Positions 49,579 through 60,830 of a DNA stretch of 64,000 nucleotides are shown in pieces; within the stretch, counting starts at the first letter, position 1; each line of letters starts with the position of its first letter. Position numbers and translations under genes: made by a program. The notes beneath the pieces are model-generated. The model was not told the DNA's origin and did no database searches. It saw nothing but the letters and a program-made list of their open reading frames with translations. This stretch comes from a virus: IMG/VR virus record IMGVR_UViG_3300021492_000027. One strand, given 5' to 3'.

Positions 49579-51204
49579 ATGACAAAAAAATATATAGATT
49601 ATATAGCATTATCCTTTCTATTTATTTTTCATTCAATTCTCGATATATGGTTTATTTTCAGAGATATAAGACCGTCATCATGGGATCAGTCATTACACCT
49701 AACACTTACACATGCATATCTCAGGGGTTATAATATCCAAACAACCTCAAACTACTATCCACCGGGCTTCCATCTCTCAGCATTACCTTTTTATGGTTTG
49801 TTTGGACAGACCTACGATGCTGGATGCTTAGTTAATATCCTTTATCTCGGTATTCTCATATTCTCAGTTTATGGCATAGGGAAGATTTTATTCAATCGTG
49901 AAACAGGTTTATGTTCGGCATTAATAATCTCTTTTATTCCTATGCTTATCAGTCTCAGACGTGATTTCTTAATAGATTTCGCATTAGTTAGCGTTATCTC
50001 ATTTGCTATATACCTACTTCTCAAAACCGAGAACTTCCATAATTTGAAGTATTCTTTGTTTTTCGGTGCCGGATTAGGATTTGCAGTATTAGTGAAATGG
50101 ACAGCAGTATTCTTCATTTTTGTACCTTTGTGCTGGCTCCTATGGCAGTGCATAAAAGAGCCAAAGCATTGTGCGTTCTGCGGACGGTTATTAAATCCAT
50201 CAAAAAAAGTGATAAGAAACGGGTTTTTGGTGTTTTGTTCAGAACGTCACAAACAGAAATTCCTCAAAGAAGGACGATTTGTCCTGACAAATGCACATAA
50301 TTTCATATTTGCGATTCTAATTTTTGTAGCTATTGCGGGTTTCTGGTACCTACCGAATTTCTCAATTTTTACGAGATTGACAAAAGCATCTTCATATTAT
50401 GGTGCTGTGGAAGGCGATCCAACAGGCTTAATGGGCTTCTGGTATTACATCAATGCAATAAATGTTCAGTCTTGTCTGTTTTTCTCGGTTTTGATGTTTA
50501 TAGGGTTGTTAGTATTCTTCATAAACTCTAAATATGCAAGTAAAGACAAAAAATTACTGATTGGTTTTTCGATTCTATTCCCGTTTATTGTTTTTTCAGT
50601 TGCTGGAAACAAAGATATTCGTTATACACTACCAATCTTAATTTTCTTGGCTTTAGTTGTATGCTACTGTATATCGAGCTTAAAAACTCCAAAAAAGATA
50701 ACAATGCTAAGTGCTATTTGTGTAGTAGGAGTTTTGCAATTATCAACCATAACATTTGGTGTTCCGTCAGTTTCAGTATCACACAGTATTTATCCAAACA
50801 CTGTGCAACCGCAACAAGATGAGTGGCAAATAGAGAATATTTTGGATACATTATCAGCAAATATCCAAAAAACACCAGCCAATGTTTTGATGCTCTATAA
50901 TCATCCATATATGAACTGGAGAACGCTTGAATTCTATGCATTTAAAGAAAAGTTACCCTTCAGGGTTTACAACTATGAGTTCATTTCTTCTTATCCGTCA
51001 GAAATCAGTAATTTCGATTTTGTACTTTATGCATTAGATAACAGTTCTAAGAACCAAACAATCCAGCAACAGATGCTAAATGAGGCAAATTCTATTTTTG
51101 TAACTCATATAAGCGAATTTAAAAAGATTGATGAGATGGAGCTACCAAATAGTGTAAAAATCCAGATATATGAAAATAAATATAGATGTGAAAATGAGCC
51201 TTAA
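49579..51204 (+). CDS. GT-C membrane glycosyltransferase (ArnT/PMT-like) with TRASH-like insertion
   Basis: WDQSLH, YPP, DFALV, LVKWT, KDIRYTLP; loop CAFC...FCSERH. Confidence 0.8.
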   Translation: MTKKYIDYIALSFLFIFHSILDIWFIFRDIRPSSWDQSLHLTLTHAYLRGYNIQTTSNYYPPGFHLSALPFYGLFGQTYDAGCLVNILYLGILIFSVYGIGKILFNRETGLCSALIISFIPMLISLRRDFLIDFALVSVISFAIYLLLKTENFHNLKYSLFFGAGLGFAVLVKWTAVFFIFVPLCWLLWQCIKEPKHCAFCGRLLNPSKKVIRNGFLVFCSERHKQKFLKEGRFVLTNAHNFIFAILIFVAIAGFWYLPNFSIFTRLTKASSYYGAVEGDPTGLMGFWYYINAINVQSCLFFSVLMFIGLLVFFINSKYASKDKKLLIGFSILFPFIVFSVAGNKDIRYTLPILIFLALVVCYCISSLKTPKKITMLSAICVVGVLQLSTITFGVPSVSVSHSIYPNTVQPQQDEWQIENILDTLSANIQKTPANVLMLYNHPYMNWRTLEFYAFKEKLPFRVYNYEFISSYPSEISNFDFVLYALDNSSKNQTIQQQMLNEANSIFVTHISEFKKIDEMELPNSVKIQIYENKYRCENEP

Positions 51205-51913
51205 ATGTGTTAATTGCGGAAGAAAAGCAACTATGGGAAGTTTGAGTCATCCATACTGCAAATCTTGTTGGGATAAATTATGGAAAGGTAGGGAAGACCA
51301 ATATGTCAATTGGCTCAAATATCATGAGACCATTTTAGGAATGCTATGGTATAAGAAAAACATCCTAAAACATAAATTGAGTTTTTGGGACAGATTTTTA
51401 TTACGAATTTTGAAATAAAAATGGAAACAGAAATCAAAGATAATAGGGTATTAGTGCGAGCGAGTAACGGAACAGCAATAATCGAAGATGAAGGTAAGAA
51501 AATCACAGTTATAGGTGTATGGAGCAATGATGAGTTGAGAGCATTAGTCAATACGGTTAGAAAAGTCAGAAAAAAATCAACTAATAAAGGAGGTAACTGA
51601 AATGGGAAGCGCATGGATATGTTCTCGATGTGGTTTTGTTTTTCTATGGGTTAGGCACGGTAAAGAGACGAAACCAAGAGAATGTCCGGGATGCGGAAGT
51701 ACGGAAATTGATAAAATGGAGGGATAAAATTGTTATACGAGCTTTTACTTACTACTTTGTTTTTAGTTTGGATCATAGACTGCATAGTATGCTTTTTTGT
51801 AGGTGCTTTTTATGCTGACAGAGAAGAGATTCCATCAAGCGCGTTATTTATGGTTCTTTCATGTATAGCATTAACAACATTTGTAAATTACATAATGATA
51901 TAAGGAGAAAGAA

Positions 51914-53002
51914 ATGAAAATAGCGGTTTTACATGATAGATTTATCGAAAGAGGAGGAGGCGAGTATCTTAGTTCAGAAATAGCAAAAACTCTAAATGCA
52001 CCACTCTATACGCCTTATGTAACAGACGATGCTAAAGAATATACTAAAGGTATCAAAGTTATTCCATTTCGACAAAACAAATACCTTAACTCGTGGTATA
52101 GCTGTTTAATACACAGAGAAGTCATAGAAACAGCCCTTATTTGTTTTGATTTCGAGCAACTGGATTTATCCGAATATGACCTAATTTTCTCAAGTGGTGT
52201 TCTCAGCCGGTCTTACATACCAACACCAGAGCAATATGTTATAAACTACATGCACAGTCCGCCGAGGTGGTTATATGATATCCACAGAGTGAGAATGGAC
52301 ATGCTTAAATGGTACCAGCCGAAGCTATTAGCGAAATTTTGGGCGCAATGGTGGCGGACATGGGATTTAACAGTAGATAGGTATATTGATAAATATGTGA
52401 CAAATTCAGAAATAACACAGGCACGGATAAGGCGATATTTTGGTAGAGATTCAGAAGTTATCTATCCACCAGTTTATACTAAGAATTATGAATGGAGAAG
52501 CGATGAAGGTTATTTCCTGTCTTTATCGCGTGCCAATCCAGAAAAGCGAGTGGATGTAATTATCAAAGCATTTAAGAATTTACCGTGTAATATTCTGTAT
52601 GTGGCGGGTTCAGGTACTGAACAGTTCAAAAACTTAGCAAAAGCTTGTCCTAATATTGTTTTTTTAGGTAGTGTATCAGAAAATGAGAAACGAGCATTAT
52701 TAGCGAACTGCACTGCATTGATTTCAATACCGATGCAAGAGGATTTCGGTATTGTTCCGATAGAAGCATTTGCAAGTGGTAAGCCTGTGATAGGAGTTAA
52801 AGAGGGTTTCACTCAATACCAAATCAAGCCGTATGTTAATGGTTTATTTGCTGAACAAGCTACACCAGGGGGATTGGAAAAAGCGATAAGAGAGTTCCAA
52901 AAATGTGATTGGGATATTGAGGAGATTAAGAATTGTGCTAAGAAATATGATATAAATGTCTTTCAAAATAAAATAAAGGAGGTGATTAAAAATGAAAGTT
53001 AA
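51914..53002 (+). CDS. GT4-family glycosyltransferase
   Basis: RGGGE, PEKRVD, EDFGIVPIEAFASGKPVI. Confidence 0.92.
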   Translation: MKIAVLHDRFIERGGGEYLSSEIAKTLNAPLYTPYVTDDAKEYTKGIKVIPFRQNKYLNSWYSCLIHREVIETALICFDFEQLDLSEYDLIFSSGVLSRSYIPTPEQYVINYMHSPPRWLYDIHRVRMDMLKWYQPKLLAKFWAQWWRTWDLTVDRYIDKYVTNSEITQARIRRYFGRDSEVIYPPVYTKNYEWRSDEGYFLSLSRANPEKRVDVIIKAFKNLPCNILYVAGSGTEQFKNLAKACPNIVFLGSVSENEKRALLANCTALISIPMQEDFGIVPIEAFASGKPVIGVKEGFTQYQIKPYVNGLFAEQATPGGLEKAIREFQKCDWDIEEIKNCAKKYDINVFQNKIKEVIKNES

Positions 53003-54596
53003 GATATTAACAACAAGACCAGAAGGGTGTGGAATAGGTGATTATACAAAAAAATTAATACAAGGATTGAAATATAAGTATCTAACCGTAGAGCCAGTTT
53101 ATATTAAAGAGAATAGCTTAAACATATTCCATTATCTTTCTGCATTAAAAAACTGCATATTTGGTTCAGATATAGTTCATATCCAGTTTAACTATTCGTT
53201 TTTTGGTGGTTTATGGAAAATTCCGGGCATATACTTACCCCTATTTTATTTTACATTGCAGTTAGCTCAGCGATATAAATTTAAAAATAAAACAAACATT
53301 ATAACAACTTTACACGAGTTCAGAGACCCCAAAAAATGTAAATTGGGCTTTTATTATTCTTTCCTCAATAAAATAGTAGCAACCCACTCCGATATTTTAA
53401 TATCTCTTTCTAATGAGACAAGAGCCATATTGATAGAGCAGGGAGTACCAGAAAGAAAAATCAAAGTTATTGAGCATGGTATATTATTAAAACCCAAAAT
53501 TTATGATAGTAATTTAGCAAAACAAGAGTTATGCAATAAATTAGGTTTAAAACCTTCTGATTACATAGTAACTATATTAGGTTATATCCATAAAAAAAAG
53601 GGACATGATAGAGTTATCGAAGCGATAAAAGAGTTAGATTCTAATGTAAAACTGATAATTATTGGTGAGCCACGAACAAAAGAGCATAAGCCGTACATAA
53701 GTTATCTGAAAAATATGATAAAGGAGAATGGATTAGAAAAGAGAGTTATTTTCTGTGGATTTATAGAAGATGATAAGTTACCTGTTTTTCTTAATGCAAC
53801 AGACCTAATGATACTACCTTATCGAGAAATTAGACAAAGCGGTATTTTCAATTATGCTATGGCATATCACTTACCTATAATAACATCAGACCTACCTTTT
53901 TTTAGAGAAATCGAAACAATCTATGGCTGTATTCATATTTTTACTAATAACTTATCCAATGATATTGATTATCTTCTAAAACATGCTGATTATAGGCAAT
54001 ACTTACGGAAAAAAGCAAAAGAATATGCAGAAATGAATAGCTATGAGAGGACATGTTTTGAGTTGTACAAAATATATCTATGTGTTGGTGAGGCAGATCA
54101 TCCAGCGATAATTTATAGAGATAATGCACAGAAAGAACGAGTAAGATTTTTAATTAGACATATAAAAGGAGAGAAAGTTCTTGAAGTTGGGTGTGCAACG
54201 GGCTATATCCTAAGAAAAGTCTATGAAGAGAGAAAAATAGAAGGTATAGGTATTGATATAAGGAAAGATAGGCTCTTATATGGAAAGATAACTTATCGAA
54301 ATTTAGATTTTATCAGTGCATCAGGTGAGTTCTTACCTTTCAAAGATGAAAGTTTTGATACAGTACTACTCCCAGATATTCTTGAGCATGTAGATTATGA
54401 GAAAGCAATAGCAATACTAAAAGAGGGCAAGAGAGTTGGTAAAAAAGTTTTAGTTTCAGTTCCAACACCGACAGGTAAATGGTTTGACAATCCAGAGCAT
54501 GTATGGAGACCAACATTAGAAGCTGTTTCAGCTTTAGATACTGATATAAAAGTAGTTGTAACTAAAGACTTTACTTATGGCATTATAGAAAAATGA
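52992..54596 (+). CDS. GT4 glycosyltransferase fused to class I SAM methyltransferase
   Basis: GYIHKKKG, QSGIFNYAMAYHLPII, then VLEVGCATG, LPFKDESFD, LEHV. Confidence 0.85.
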   Translation: MKVKILTTRPEGCGIGDYTKKLIQGLKYKYLTVEPVYIKENSLNIFHYLSALKNCIFGSDIVHIQFNYSFFGGLWKIPGIYLPLFYFTLQLAQRYKFKNKTNIITTLHEFRDPKKCKLGFYYSFLNKIVATHSDILISLSNETRAILIEQGVPERKIKVIEHGILLKPKIYDSNLAKQELCNKLGLKPSDYIVTILGYIHKKKGHDRVIEAIKELDSNVKLIIIGEPRTKEHKPYISYLKNMIKENGLEKRVIFCGFIEDDKLPVFLNATDLMILPYREIRQSGIFNYAMAYHLPIITSDLPFFREIETIYGCIHIFTNNLSNDIDYLLKHADYRQYLRKKAKEYAEMNSYERTCFELYKIYLCVGEADHPAIIYRDNAQKERVRFLIRHIKGEKVLEVGCATGYILRKVYEERKIEGIGIDIRKDRLLYGKITYRNLDFISASGEFLPFKDESFDTVLLPDILEHVDYEKAIAILKEGKRVGKKVLVSVPTPTGKWFDNPEHVWRPTLEAVSALDTDIKVVVTKDFTYGIIEK

Positions 54597-55966
54597 GAAT
54601 TTTATTTATCAATCCACATGGATTTGGGACAAATGAGTATCCTCCTCTTGGTCTTCTTTATCTTGCTTCAATTGCCAAAAAAAACGACCACCAAGTAGAT
54701 TTTTTTGATGCAGGAGTAGTCAAAAATAAACTTAGTAATGCTATTGAATATGTTAAAAACAAAAATCCTGATGTAGTTGCTTTTACTCTTTATACAGTTA
54801 ATTTAATTGATAGCTTCGCTCTTATCAAAAATATTTCTGAGTTGAAACCAAAGCCAGTTATAGTGGTAGGGGGACCACATGCAACTGCTTTACCAGAAAA
54901 AACTTTACAAGAATGTCCAGAAATTGACTATTTGATCTACGGTGAAGGAGAAAACACCTTTATTGAACTTTTAGATGCATTGGAAAAAGGAGGTGAAGTA
55001 AAAAATATCAAGGGAATATATTATCACAATAATGGACTTGTAATGCATACTGAGCCTCGTCCTTATATAAAAAATTTAGATAGTCTTCCTTTTCCTTCTT
55101 ATGATATAATCCAAAAATATCGTTATCCTATGGATATGGTAGTGAAGGGAAAAAGAGTAGCGACAGTTATCACTTCACGAGGTTGTCCATATCATTGTAC
55201 ATTCTGCAATAAAGCTGTTTTTGGTGACGAATACAGGAGGAGAAGTCCTAAGAATGTAGTTAGTGAGATTAAAGAGCTAATAAATAAGGGAGTAGATGAG
55301 ATTTATTTCGTTGATGATTTATTTGCCTTTAATAAGAAATGGCTATCGGAATTTTATAAAGAGTTAGATAAAGAGAAGATAAGAATACCGTGGAAATGTC
55401 TTGGTAGAGTAGGGACACTTAGGTATAGCGATTTCAAAGCTATGAAAGATCATGGATGTTATGTTATAGAGTTGGGTATCGAATCGGGTAATGATAAGAT
55501 ATTAAGAGATATCAACAAGAAAATAAATATTAAAGAAGCAGAAAAAAGGGTGAAAGAAGCAAAAAGAGCGGGGTTAGCAGTTCATACATTCTGGATTTTA
55601 GGGCATAGACTTGATACTGAAGAAACAATAAAGCAAACCATAAATACAGCAAAGAGGTTTAATTCTGATTTTGTGTCTTTTTTTGTCCTTGTTCCTTTTC
55701 CTGGCACAGATGTTTATAGTTTCGTTCCTGAAAAATTAAGATACAAATGGGAAAGAATAGGCTATTATCACAAAGATGTGCTACCTATCAGTATTTGTAA
55801 AGTTCCTCCTCAACGATTATTAGAGTTAGAAGAAAAAGCTTTTTTGGGTTATTTTCTTAGATATAGGTATATTGTAGATAATATTCTCTTTACTAAAAGT
55901 GGATTAAGACTAATAAAGATTAAAATGATACTATGGAGATTGAAAATCCATTTAAAAAGATTTTAA
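54593..55966 (+). CDS. Cobalamin-binding radical SAM enzyme (class B methylase-like)
   Basis: PPLGLLYLAS, GGPHAT, SRGCPYHCTFC, GIESG. Confidence 0.9.
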   Translation: MRILFINPHGFGTNEYPPLGLLYLASIAKKNDHQVDFFDAGVVKNKLSNAIEYVKNKNPDVVAFTLYTVNLIDSFALIKNISELKPKPVIVVGGPHATALPEKTLQECPEIDYLIYGEGENTFIELLDALEKGGEVKNIKGIYYHNNGLVMHTEPRPYIKNLDSLPFPSYDIIQKYRYPMDMVVKGKRVATVITSRGCPYHCTFCNKAVFGDEYRRRSPKNVVSEIKELINKGVDEIYFVDDLFAFNKKWLSEFYKELDKEKIRIPWKCLGRVGTLRYSDFKAMKDHGCYVIELGIESGNDKILRDINKKINIKEAEKRVKEAKRAGLAVHTFWILGHRLDTEETIKQTINTAKRFNSDFVSFFVLVPFPGTDVYSFVPEKLRYKWERIGYYHKDVLPISICKVPPQRLLELEEKAFLGYFLRYRYIVDNILFTKSGLRLIKIKMILWRLKIHLKRF

Positions 55967-55967
55967 A

Positions 55968-56738
55968 ATGAACGAAAAAATTTTGATAGGGACGACATTA
56001 GTTAGTGGGTATGATTATATCATTGACGAGTTTCTAAAAAATCAAAAATCAATACAAAAGAAATACCCTGATTCAGAGCTCATAATCTCAACAAGCGATG
56101 ACAACTTCAAAATAGATATTCCCAAAGAGCTAAATTGTAGAGTTATCAAATATCAGAAGTCATCAGTTATTAGCTCTGATAAGCTTTTCATTCCACAAAA
56201 AAACAGAATTCAAGATATGGTAGATGGCAGAAATGTTGTCCGCGACTACTTTCTAAAGAGCGATGCAAAATATTTCCTTTCAGTAGATGCCGATATGGTT
56301 TATGATCCTAACATCATATCAATACTCATGAACGAAATAAAAAACAACGATATAGTTATGAGCGGGTATATGAAAAAAAATCACAGACTTGGATATAGCT
56401 TAGGATGCGCTTTGATAAGAAGAGAAGTTCTTGAAAAGGTTAGATTTAATTGCTTAATTTTTCCGTCTTCTCCAGATATGCCAAATATAATCGAAGACGG
56501 CTGGATGCTTGAGTATGATGCTATTAAAAACGGGTTTAAAGTTAAGCGAGGTGTATTTGTGGAAATAGAACATATAATAAACAAAAAAGAGAGATTAAGA
56601 GTCATACCAAGAGAAATCACAACTTGGGAAAAGATAAAAGCCAATTCAGTAATAAGATACTTTCTTGTCAAGCTTTGTATTCTTACGAAGCGAGATTTGC
56701 CACGAATAATTATAAAAAAGATAGGCTGTGAACTTTAG
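55968..56738 (+). CDS. GT-A fold glycosyltransferase
   Basis: GRNVVRDYFL, YFLSVDAD (DxD), SLGCALIRREV. Confidence 0.7.
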   Translation: MNEKILIGTTLVSGYDYIIDEFLKNQKSIQKKYPDSELIISTSDDNFKIDIPKELNCRVIKYQKSSVISSDKLFIPQKNRIQDMVDGRNVVRDYFLKSDAKYFLSVDADMVYDPNIISILMNEIKNNDIVMSGYMKKNHRLGYSLGCALIRREVLEKVRFNCLIFPSSPDMPNIIEDGWMLEYDAIKNGFKVKRGVFVEIEHIINKKERLRVIPREITTWEKIKANSVIRYFLVKLCILTKRDLPRIIIKKIGCEL

Positions 56739-57678
56739 CTCAAAGTCGAAGAAAATGAAGTTTGAAGTTGTTAAGACAATGGATAGTGATTACAAACGAA
56801 ACTGCTCCCGTCTTGATTTCTGGTTCTATGGACGGCACAATGAAGATTTTATATATTTTGAAGACATATTTTTGGGTTTGAAGAACCAAATCTATCTAAA
56901 GAATTTATTGGGCGCAACAGAGTTAAGGGTTACAAAATCGTGCTTGTGGCTCGATAAATTCTATCCACCGCGTTCACGTCAGAGTATTCAAAACCTTATT
57001 GTTAGTATTGACAGAATCCATCAAATCCAGGAAGGAAAGCTTTATACTCATGCTGCATGTGTATCAAACGACGATATGACTATTCTAATAGTAGCATATC
57101 CAAATGTAGGAAAAACACTATCTACACTGCAATTTCTCAAAGAAGGATGGAAATACATAAGCGATGATACGGTTCTAATAAATAATAAAGGATATGCATT
57201 CCTTACAGCTTTTGCTTCAGCTATTGGATACAAAGATTTTCTGAGGTTTATAAAGCCTTCTGATATAGGGTGGTGGAAGTTCCATCAAAAAATGATAATG
57301 GCAAGAATACACCATCTTAATAAGGCTATTGAAAGGGTAACAAATCCTCCGTTACTTAAATTAGCTGATTTGTATCCAACAAAGAAAAGTGCAAAGGTGG
57401 ATGTGGTAGTCACAATCGAAATAGGACCGAAAAGAATTAAAAAAATGAGTTTATCAGAAATCACAGAAAAGATAACCAATATCAATAGCTACTCACTTGG
57501 AAGAATCAATAACCCTCTAATTTGGGCTTATTCTTATTTCAATGATAGTTTCAGTATTAATAAACTTGAAAATAAAGAAAAAGCGAACTTAATGAGCTTT
57601 CTTGAGAAATGTGATAATTTTTATAGTTTGGCATGTAATAACTGGAACTGGATAAACATGATAAAGGCTATTTTATAG
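56728..57678 (+). CDS. HPr-kinase-like P-loop protein
   Basis: HAACV, AYPNVGKTL, WKYISDDTVLI. Confidence 0.7.
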   Translation: MNFSSKSKKMKFEVVKTMDSDYKRNCSRLDFWFYGRHNEDFIYFEDIFLGLKNQIYLKNLLGATELRVTKSCLWLDKFYPPRSRQSIQNLIVSIDRIHQIQEGKLYTHAACVSNDDMTILIVAYPNVGKTLSTLQFLKEGWKYISDDTVLINNKGYAFLTAFASAIGYKDFLRFIKPSDIGWWKFHQKMIMARIHHLNKAIERVTNPPLLKLADLYPTKKSAKVDVVVTIEIGPKRIKKMSLSEITEKITNINSYSLGRINNPLIWAYSYFNDSFSINKLENKEKANLMSFLEKCDNFYSLACNNWNWINMIKAIL

Positions 57679-58024
57679 AGTAAAAATGAAAATACCGAAA
57701 CAGAAACGAATAAAATACATTGGTGGTTTAAAACTACTCTTTGCACGTTCTTCGTTCTATATTTCAATCCTTAACTTCCTGATGCTTGCCAGCACCTCGT
57801 ATGTAATAGTGGTAAAAAAATACTTCTATATCCCGTTCTGGCTGTTCATACTCAGCATGATATCCTTAATCGTAATAGTGATGTTTTTTGAATGGGCTAT
57901 TATGCTACCATCAGAGATAGCATTTACAAATTGGCAATACTATGAGCACAATAGCCCAATAAGAACTGATTTAGAGACTATAAAAAAGAGCATAGAGGAG
58001 TTAAAAAAGAAGCTATAAAATAAA

Positions 58025-58618
58025 ATGAAAAATAAAGAAAATTGTGTTAGTCTAAGCGATATTTCGTTTATAATACCAACGAACCGCGAGAAAATCTATA
58101 CTATCGAATCAATACCTAAAGAGTGCGAAATAGTTATCTCACGTGCGAAACCACTTGGTGCAGCACGGAACGATGGCATTGCTCGTGCCACGAGGAACTG
58201 GATAATTTTGTGTGACGACGATATCGAGTTCAGTGAACATTTTTTAGGATTGTTATGTGGGCTTGCGGAAGAGCGTACCATAATCGGGTTAGAGGGCTAT
58301 TATCCCAGCCCGTTTGTGATAGGCAGGTTGATGATGTTTGCGAAATCAGCATGGATAGAGTTAGGTGGGTTTGATAAACGTGCGCATGGTGATGAAACGG
58401 AATGGCAGATGCGTGCTATCGAACATGGCTATAATATCGTCAGGCTGAGCCGAAGCTGTGTTTATCATTATCCACATAAGAAAGTAAAGCCAAAAACGGA
58501 ATTTGGCAATATTCTGTATTTGCTTAGAAACCATCCAAAATTTCCGTTATATGTCTTAAAATTAGTTTTGGTAAAGTTACATGATAGTAGCTATAATGAG
58601 GAATATATAAGGAGGTAA
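58025..58618 (+). CDS. GT2-family glycosyltransferase
   Basis: ISFIIPT, ARNDGI, LCDDD, LGGFD, DETEW. Confidence 0.85.
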   Translation: MKNKENCVSLSDISFIIPTNREKIYTIESIPKECEIVISRAKPLGAARNDGIARATRNWIILCDDDIEFSEHFLGLLCGLAEERTIIGLEGYYPSPFVIGRLMMFAKSAWIELGGFDKRAHGDETEWQMRAIEHGYNIVRLSRSCVYHYPHKKVKPKTEFGNILYLLRNHPKFPLYVLKLVLVKLHDSSYNEEYIRR

Positions 58619-59969
58619 AAATGTCTATAAATGGAGAGATAGTAATAAATAACGAGAGCGTCCTATCAGAGCTAAAAACAATCCAGCGCTATCTCAAGAA
58701 GAAGGGCTTAAATGCGACAGAATCCGATATAGTGCTTGCGTGTATAAGACTCGCAAAGCGCTTAGGCAGCGATAACTGGAGCATCTATCTCGAATTAAAA
58801 ACAATGTTAGGATGTGAAACAAAATAAAAATGGATAGAAAGCGACTACTTCTAAAGCAAAGAATAAACCAGTTTCTTCTAATAATAGCTATAACAATATT
58901 AGGGCTACTGTGCTATGGAATATACTATTTCAACTTATATAGATTGGCATTACTTGCTTTTATTGTAATATCAGGAGCATTTCTTTTGGCAGTTGCTCTT
59001 TCGATTGCACAGACATAAAAATCAACCAAAATTTTATGAGGTAAAATGAAAAAAGAAAGTAAAAGGTTTTTAGGGTTTTTAGGAGTGACAATAATAGTAT
59101 TATCTACAATAGCATTAGGGCTTGGATGCTATATGTTGTGTTCTGCGTGTTTTAAGTTATATAAGCTGGGATGCATGAGTGAATTTGCTGCTATGCTAAT
59201 AGGGGCTATTCTTATGGCGTTTATAGCTTTTGTTATCTATGTAATATCAGTAACATGGAAAGAACTGAAAGAGACAAGAAAAAATAATTAGGTAAGGAGG
59301 TGAAACAACATGAAAATAAACAAAAACAAATTACTTCTATTACTTCTATTAGATATATTAGGTATTATAGTAGCATCATGGATGATAGGCTTTGGGTTGT
59401 GCGGTGTATGTTCTAATTTGGTTAGTGCGTGGGTCTTGGGGCTTGCAATAGCGACAGTGGGTGTATTTTTTGTATTTAAAATAAAAAAAACTGAAACAAA
59501 AAAAGAAAAAAGTTTTTTAACAGTAACTTCAATAGCAGTATATGCGGTAGCATTAGGGATTTTCAGTTGTATCTTGCTTTCTGTGTGCTTTAATTTATAT
59601 AAGTCGGGTTATATGGACGAACTTGCTTTTATGCTATTAGGAGCAGACCTTGCGGGTATGATAGCTTGTTTTGTCTATGTCATATCGGCACTATGGAAAA
59701 ATCTGAGTAATTTACAAAATGTCAATTAGAGCTTTTTCTTTTTTTCTTAATGTTAGAACACAAAAATGAAAGAAAGTGATTTTCCATCACTTATTATTTG
59801 GTCTATTGAGTTAGCATGTGCCGTCTATGGCATAGTAATAGGTCTGTACTTAGCGTTAGCATCCGACCTACCAGCTTCAAACAAATATCTATCAGTATTA
59901 TTTATATTTGGTGGTGCATTAGTAATAGCGCTTTTGGTGATAGATAGATTGAGGAAGGTGAACGAATAA

Positions 59970-60161
59970 GTGTTTTTCGATACAAAGAAAGTAAAAGGTA
60001 AAGATGGTGAAATAGAAGTAACAGCGGATAATCATGGTGTAGCGATAGAGGATGGAAAGAATTGGATATATCTTTGGTGGAAAGAGTGGGATGGCGTGAA
60101 GAAGGCAGTAGAGGAATTAAAGCGTAAGCACGAAGGCGAATTGAAAGACATAAACTTATAG
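59970..60161 (+). CDS. Paralogue family B, further copy
   Basis: HGVAIEDGKNWIYLWWKEWDGVKKAVEEL. Confidence 0.6.
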   Translation: MFFDTKKVKGKDGEIEVTADNHGVAIEDGKNWIYLWWKEWDGVKKAVEELKRKHEGELKDINL

Positions 60162-60830
60162 TAAGAGCGAATGAACAAAGATAAAATAGTAAATTTTACA
60201 TGGCTTTTAATACAACTTTCAGCTATAACATTAATCATATTTTTAATAGCGATAAAGTTTATATCAGTGATAAAGCCAATAGAGATACCAGAATTTTATG
60301 AATATTTATTGTTTATTTTTTCGTGTGTGATAGTGACAATAATGATTATACGAGTAGGATTAGAAGATAGGAAAGAAAAATGAGAACCGTTCTAAGGATT
60401 TTAGAGTTAGCAATAGGTATTTATGCAATAGTACTGGCTATTTTGTTAGTAAGCTACCCAATAACGAACCTACCACAATTGAATAGGTACTTAGCAGTAA
60501 TTACTTTATTTAGTGGAGGAATATTAGTAGTAACAAATAGAATGAAAGTAACAGAAAAAATCAATGGCTTAATTAAAAAGATAGTGCAATGAACGAAAAT
60601 AAAAGCATTTTGTTATTCATTATGTGGGTTTTGACTTTGGGAGTGGGCATATTATTAGGTATGCTATTAGTATTGACTGAATATGTGCCAGAGCTAAATG
60701 TCCAGCTACTTGCTACGATTGGCTATTGGTGTGAAGTAGCATTATTAGTGATTTTAATAGTGGGATTGAAAGATTATGAAATTCGAGTCGTTCCAAAGCA
60801 TGATAGTAGTAGCAACAAAAATAAATAAAT

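Noticed and set aside
54593-55966. Radical SAM gene as the NrdG activase
   Set aside because: It has an N-terminal cobalamin-binding domain and class B size, and it sits inside the GT operon.
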